A stretch of 64,000 bases of DNA from an uncultured bacterium. GTDB lineage: Bacteria; Babelota; Babeliae; Babelales; Vermiphilaceae. Of this stretch, positions 60,527 to 64,000 are shown piece by piece. The notes beneath the pieces were generated by a model that saw only the letters and a program-made list of their open reading frames with translations, was not told where the DNA came from and ran no database searches. Numbering within the stretch: the stretch's first letter is position 1; every line of letters starts with the position of its first letter. The stretch is taken from the NCBI GenBank assembly GCA_963701085.1, contig OY969561.1, positions 192,001 through 256,000 on the forward strand, read 5' to 3'. A program made the position numbers and the translations under genes.

Positions 60527-61645
60527 TTATTTTTTAATGTTTTCAAGAAATTTAGGTTGACTGCTACAGTTTTTAACATTTTCAAACTGTTGTTCAAATT
60601 GAGCTATCATGTCAGCATCATCTGAAATTGTCATGTCTTCCCAGTTGCGTTGTAGAGCGCTATCAGTGTAATTAAATGAGCCATGGCAGAGGAGTTTTTT
60701 GTTGAGCAAGTTACGTTTGAATAAAGTAAATTTATGGTGGTTCATTTCAAAATTATCATTCTGTGGAGATAATACGTTAATGTCATTGTCGCGTAGAAGA
60801 TTTATTACATTAAGGTTGTTTTTCTTTGGTCCTTGTCTGCTGTCTGTAATCACTTCAACAAAAATGCCGTCCTTCTTTTTTTTTCTTACAAGCGCATTTG
60901 CAATAGGCATAAGATCAAAGGAAAAACAACATACTGATATTTTTTCTTGTTCATTTTTAATGAGCGCTATAAGTGCTTGATCAGGTGTTTGATTTTGGTG
61001 CGCGTCTCTATAGCGTGGAGCATTGGTAAAAAAAGCTTGAGGAAACGTTAATTTAGGTAAGGTTTTAAATGCATAGAGGTGTCGTGATATTTTTTGTGCA
61101 TTGTTATATTCAGAGTCATATGAAAATTTTGCTTTAATTTCTTCATTATCGCTTTTGCTCGTAATTTCATATCCTATGATGCACATGTCTTTAATGCGTT
61201 TCTTGTGTTCTTTTGCTTCTGCATGAAATTCTTCTTTTCCTTCTTTACTTAATTGAGTTGCTTCATTGGTTATCAATAAGTTGCCAAGCGCACTAGGGTT
61301 AATATCGTAAATTGATTTTTTGATAGTGAGAGTGTGTGGAGAGAGTTGGAGAGCTGTGTCTTGTTTGTCTTCTGACGCAATGTTGGCAAGGGGATCGCCT
61401 TGTTTTGTTTCTTTGGAAAAAAATAGACACAATTCGGATCTTTGTGGAGATTCTGTTCGTTGTTTTTTTTCGAAAGAAGGAGAAATGAGTGTATCTTCAG
61501 CCGATCTTTTTTGATTTTGAAAGCAATTTTCTGTTGAAGGAGTTTTGTTGAAGCCGGTATTCACTGCGAGTTTGGGGTACATGCCGCACAATTGGATGGA
61601 AGAGAGGGAAATAAGGGTTATAATAAAAACATTTCTAATATTCAT
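60527..61645 (-). CDS. Secreted single-domain phospholipase D/Nuc-family protein with variant HKD motif
   Basis: HHKFTLFK...GSFNYT..A...NWE; signal ending LCGM. Confidence 0.82.
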   Translation of the reverse strand: MNIRNVFIITLISLSSIQLCGMYPKLAVNTGFNKTPSTENCFQNQKRSAEDTLISPSFEKKQRTESPQRSELCLFFSKETKQGDPLANIASEDKQDTALQLSPHTLTIKKSIYDINPSALGNLLITNEATQLSKEGKEEFHAEAKEHKKRIKDMCIIGYEITSKSDNEEIKAKFSYDSEYNNAQKISRHLYAFKTLPKLTFPQAFFTNAPRYRDAHQNQTPDQALIALIKNEQEKISVCCFSFDLMPIANALVRKKKKDGIFVEVITDSRQGPKKNNLNVINLLRDNDINVLSPQNDNFEMNHHKFTLFKRNLLNKKLLCHGSFNYTDSALQRNWEDMTISDDADMIAQFEQQFENVKNCSSQPKFLENIKK

Positions 61646-61843
61646 GGTTTCCTTAGCTTGGCGATTAATAAGATTACTAACTTGACTTGATGTGTTTTTC
61701 AATTAGTATTAGTTTATCATTAAATAAACCTGTTGGCAACCGGGTATCCATGTACGGATTAGTAAGGATTTACGTTTTTTAGTTTTATTCAATGAAAAAA
61801 GATGGTATAAATACCGATACGATAAAATAAAAATGTTAGATAA

Positions 61844-63526
61844 ATGGGGATTATTATGGCTATTGGTATGCAAGATCAGTTAACTATTCCTGCCGGTTTA
61901 TTGGTAACAGCAGGCTTATCACCAGCATTTGTTGCTCAGTTTGCGTTGTTTCTCGCCATTATTTTGATGTGGACTATTGCGTGGGGTAAAATTTTTAAAA
62001 AATTATTCGGCTTGCCCGTGATAGCAGGGCGTATTATTGCCGGTATTTTACTGGGGCCATCATTGTTTAATATTGCCTCCTTTTCTTTTTTTGCTCAACC
62101 TCTCTTATTGCTTGATCGTATGACAGGGCAATTGTATAGCCTTGCAAGTTATGATGTTATGCTTTTCGTTGTTTTGCTTATTTCATCAGCGTTGACGGTA
62201 TCCTATTTGCTGTGGATTGCGGGACATGAAACTGATTTGCAAGATATTTTCTCCATTGGACCTGTTGCCATTTTAGCTGGAATTTTTGGTGCGGTACTGC
62301 CGATTGTTATGATTGCAGCGCCATTATATTATGGTTTTGGTGGTGAATGGAGTACTGTTCAGGCGATTGGTATGGGCCTTATTTTTGCTGCTACGAGTGT
62401 TTCAATTCCCGTGGCAATGTTGTTTGCGTACAATAAAATGCACTTAAAAAGTTCTAAAGCAGCGCTTGGCGCCGCGGTAGCAGATGATATTTTTGCCGTT
62501 ATTTTATTATCAGTTTTTTCATTGAGTGTGCAGGCAGGGTTGTTAGGGCATGTTGAAGGTTCGTTATTGGAGGGGCATGGATCGTCGTTATTTGCTTCAC
62601 TCTTTTTCATAGTCATCGCGTTTGTTGTTATGGGTGGTGTGGGGTATTATTGTGTACGACCTTTTATTGAGTGGCTCAAACGTTCTCATCTATCGCATCT
62701 TATTGCGCCAGCAGCCAATGGGATTATGCTTATTTATTTTGCCTTTGCTGAAATTATTGGTGGTTTGGCTGGTATTACCGGTGCTTATTTTGCAGGTCTT
62801 TTCCATCGCATGGGTGACCATAGACATGGAGCGGAAAAAGTTATTTCTCCTTTCGTGAATGCGTTTTTACTCCCATTGTTTTTGGGATCAATAGGCTTGC
62901 AGCTTGATGTGCGTTTATTGAGTGGATATGATTGGTTATTAGTTGGCTTTCTTTTGGTTATTGCAATTATTTCTAAATTGCTTGGATGTTGGCTTGCTAC
63001 CGCGCTGAGCAACCGTTTTGCGCATAAAGATAGTTACCAGTGGACAGCGCTTGATACGTATTTATTTGGTTCATCAATGGTTGCGCGGGGTGAGGTTGGT
63101 CTTGTGGTGACGACTATTTTGTTTGGGTCAGGTATTATTTTGCCTTCTCATTATGTGATTGCCATTGTGGTGATTGTGCTGACGACTGTGGCAACGCCTA
63201 TTATGCTTGCGCAGGGGTTTGAGCGCCTTGCCTTAATCGCTAAGGATCAGGTTTTTGCGCTTAATATTGGGCTTTTTTCATTTATTGGAACTACCCAAAT
63301 GTTTCATATTATCACCGGATGTTTGGAAAAACAGGGTACACATTTTACGATTGTACAGATTAGTGACGGCTCCACGGTGGCTAGTCTTGAAGGGGCAAAT
63401 GTAAAGATTGTGTTGAATGCTGATGATGGAATTCTCTTTGAGGGGGACAAGGAGAAGATTGAAAGTATCGTACGGATGGTTAAAGAGAGCATAGTTGATG
63501 ATATCGTAGGTTTGACGAGTAATTAA
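61844..63526 (+). CDS. Cation:proton antiporter (CPA2 family)
   Basis: AGILLGPS, ATSVSI, AAVADD, GAYFAG, MVARGEVGL. Confidence 0.9.
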   Translation: MGIIMAIGMQDQLTIPAGLLVTAGLSPAFVAQFALFLAIILMWTIAWGKIFKKLFGLPVIAGRIIAGILLGPSLFNIASFSFFAQPLLLLDRMTGQLYSLASYDVMLFVVLLISSALTVSYLLWIAGHETDLQDIFSIGPVAILAGIFGAVLPIVMIAAPLYYGFGGEWSTVQAIGMGLIFAATSVSIPVAMLFAYNKMHLKSSKAALGAAVADDIFAVILLSVFSLSVQAGLLGHVEGSLLEGHGSSLFASLFFIVIAFVVMGGVGYYCVRPFIEWLKRSHLSHLIAPAANGIMLIYFAFAEIIGGLAGITGAYFAGLFHRMGDHRHGAEKVISPFVNAFLLPLFLGSIGLQLDVRLLSGYDWLLVGFLLVIAIISKLLGCWLATALSNRFAHKDSYQWTALDTYLFGSSMVARGEVGLVVTTILFGSGIILPSHYVIAIVVIVLTTVATPIMLAQGFERLALIAKDQVFALNIGLFSFIGTTQMFHIITGCLEKQGTHFTIVQISDGSTVASLEGANVKIVLNADDGILFEGDKEKIESIVRMVKESIVDDIVGLTSN

Positions 63527-63625
63527 GAGGGTAAAAGGCGCTCCTGCTTTGACAAAGGGGCGTTTTTAGATTACATTTAGAATATTATTAGATTATATAA
63601 AAAAACATAAATAGTAGGGCGTTAT

Positions 63626-63829
63626 ATGAAAAAAACTATTCATCCAGAGCTTCATGAAGTTACTGCACGCTGTGCATGTGGTAATGCGTTTGATACTCAT
63701 TCAACAAGCAATGAATTAAGAGTTACTATCTGTTCTAATTGCCATCCTTTCTTTACCGGCCAACAGAAGTTTCTTGATACCGCTGGTCGTATTGATAAGT
63801 TCAATAAAAAATATGCAAAAAAAGCATAA
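63626..63829 (+). CDS. rpmE: 50S ribosomal protein L31 (Zn-binding type)
   Basis: MKKx[22 protein letters not shown]. Confidence 0.96.
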   Translation: MKKTIHPELHEVTARCACGNAFDTHSTSNELRVTICSNCHPFFTGQQKFLDTAGRIDKFNKKYAKKA

Positions 63830-63835
63830 TTATTT

Positions 63836-64000
63836 ATGGCTATGACCGATCTGGCGATATTGCAAAAAAGATATGATGATCTTGCAAGCGAGCTTGCTAC
63901 TGTTACTGATAGCGCAAAACGAATAGTGCTACAGAAGGAGCTAGCTCGTCTTTTGCGTATTATTGATGCGCATAAAGATCTGGCTCATTGCGATGAATTG
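63836..64000 (+). CDS. prfA: Peptide chain release factor 1, N-terminus (partial)
   Basis: LxxLQKRYDDLxxEL...KELARL; rpmE-prfA synteny; runs off the window. Confidence 0.6.
   Translation, partial: MAMTDLAILQKRYDDLASELATVTDSAKRIVLQKELARLLRIIDAHKDLAHCDEL

Overview
AT-rich bacterial chromosome segment. Gene content and style (F-box, ankyrin-like and Sel1-like secreted proteins, tandem paralogue families, an ATP-dependent DNA ligase, a collagen-like surface protein) suggest a protist-associated intracellular bacterium, most likely Candidatus Dependentiae (TM6/Babeliae); this assignment is inference. Housekeeping genes (sbcC, PMM/PGM, nfo, gapA, rnhA, putP, tatD, HU, serS, plsY, pgsA, secD, hemW, mreC, rpmE, start of prfA) and six tRNAs are interleaved with arrays of signal-peptide-bearing putative effectors. 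The most notable structure is a dispersed palindromic repeat system at about 17 loci. A stand-alone 103-aa GIY-YIG nuclease gene is bracketed by perfect 41-bp inverted repeats. The same arms occur elsewhere as empty head-to-head dimers, single arms, in-frame insertions in proteins, and brackets around a neighbouring membrane-protein gene. The arms show compensatory stem changes around a conserved core and are themselves targeted by a related 30-nt element. This resembles a RAYT/REPIN-like system with a GIY-YIG nuclease in place of a HUH transposase (hypothesis). Other points of interest are F-box/CaaX effectors, three degenerate secreted macrodomain proteins, a shared Met right after predicted signal peptides, and three single-base frameshifts.
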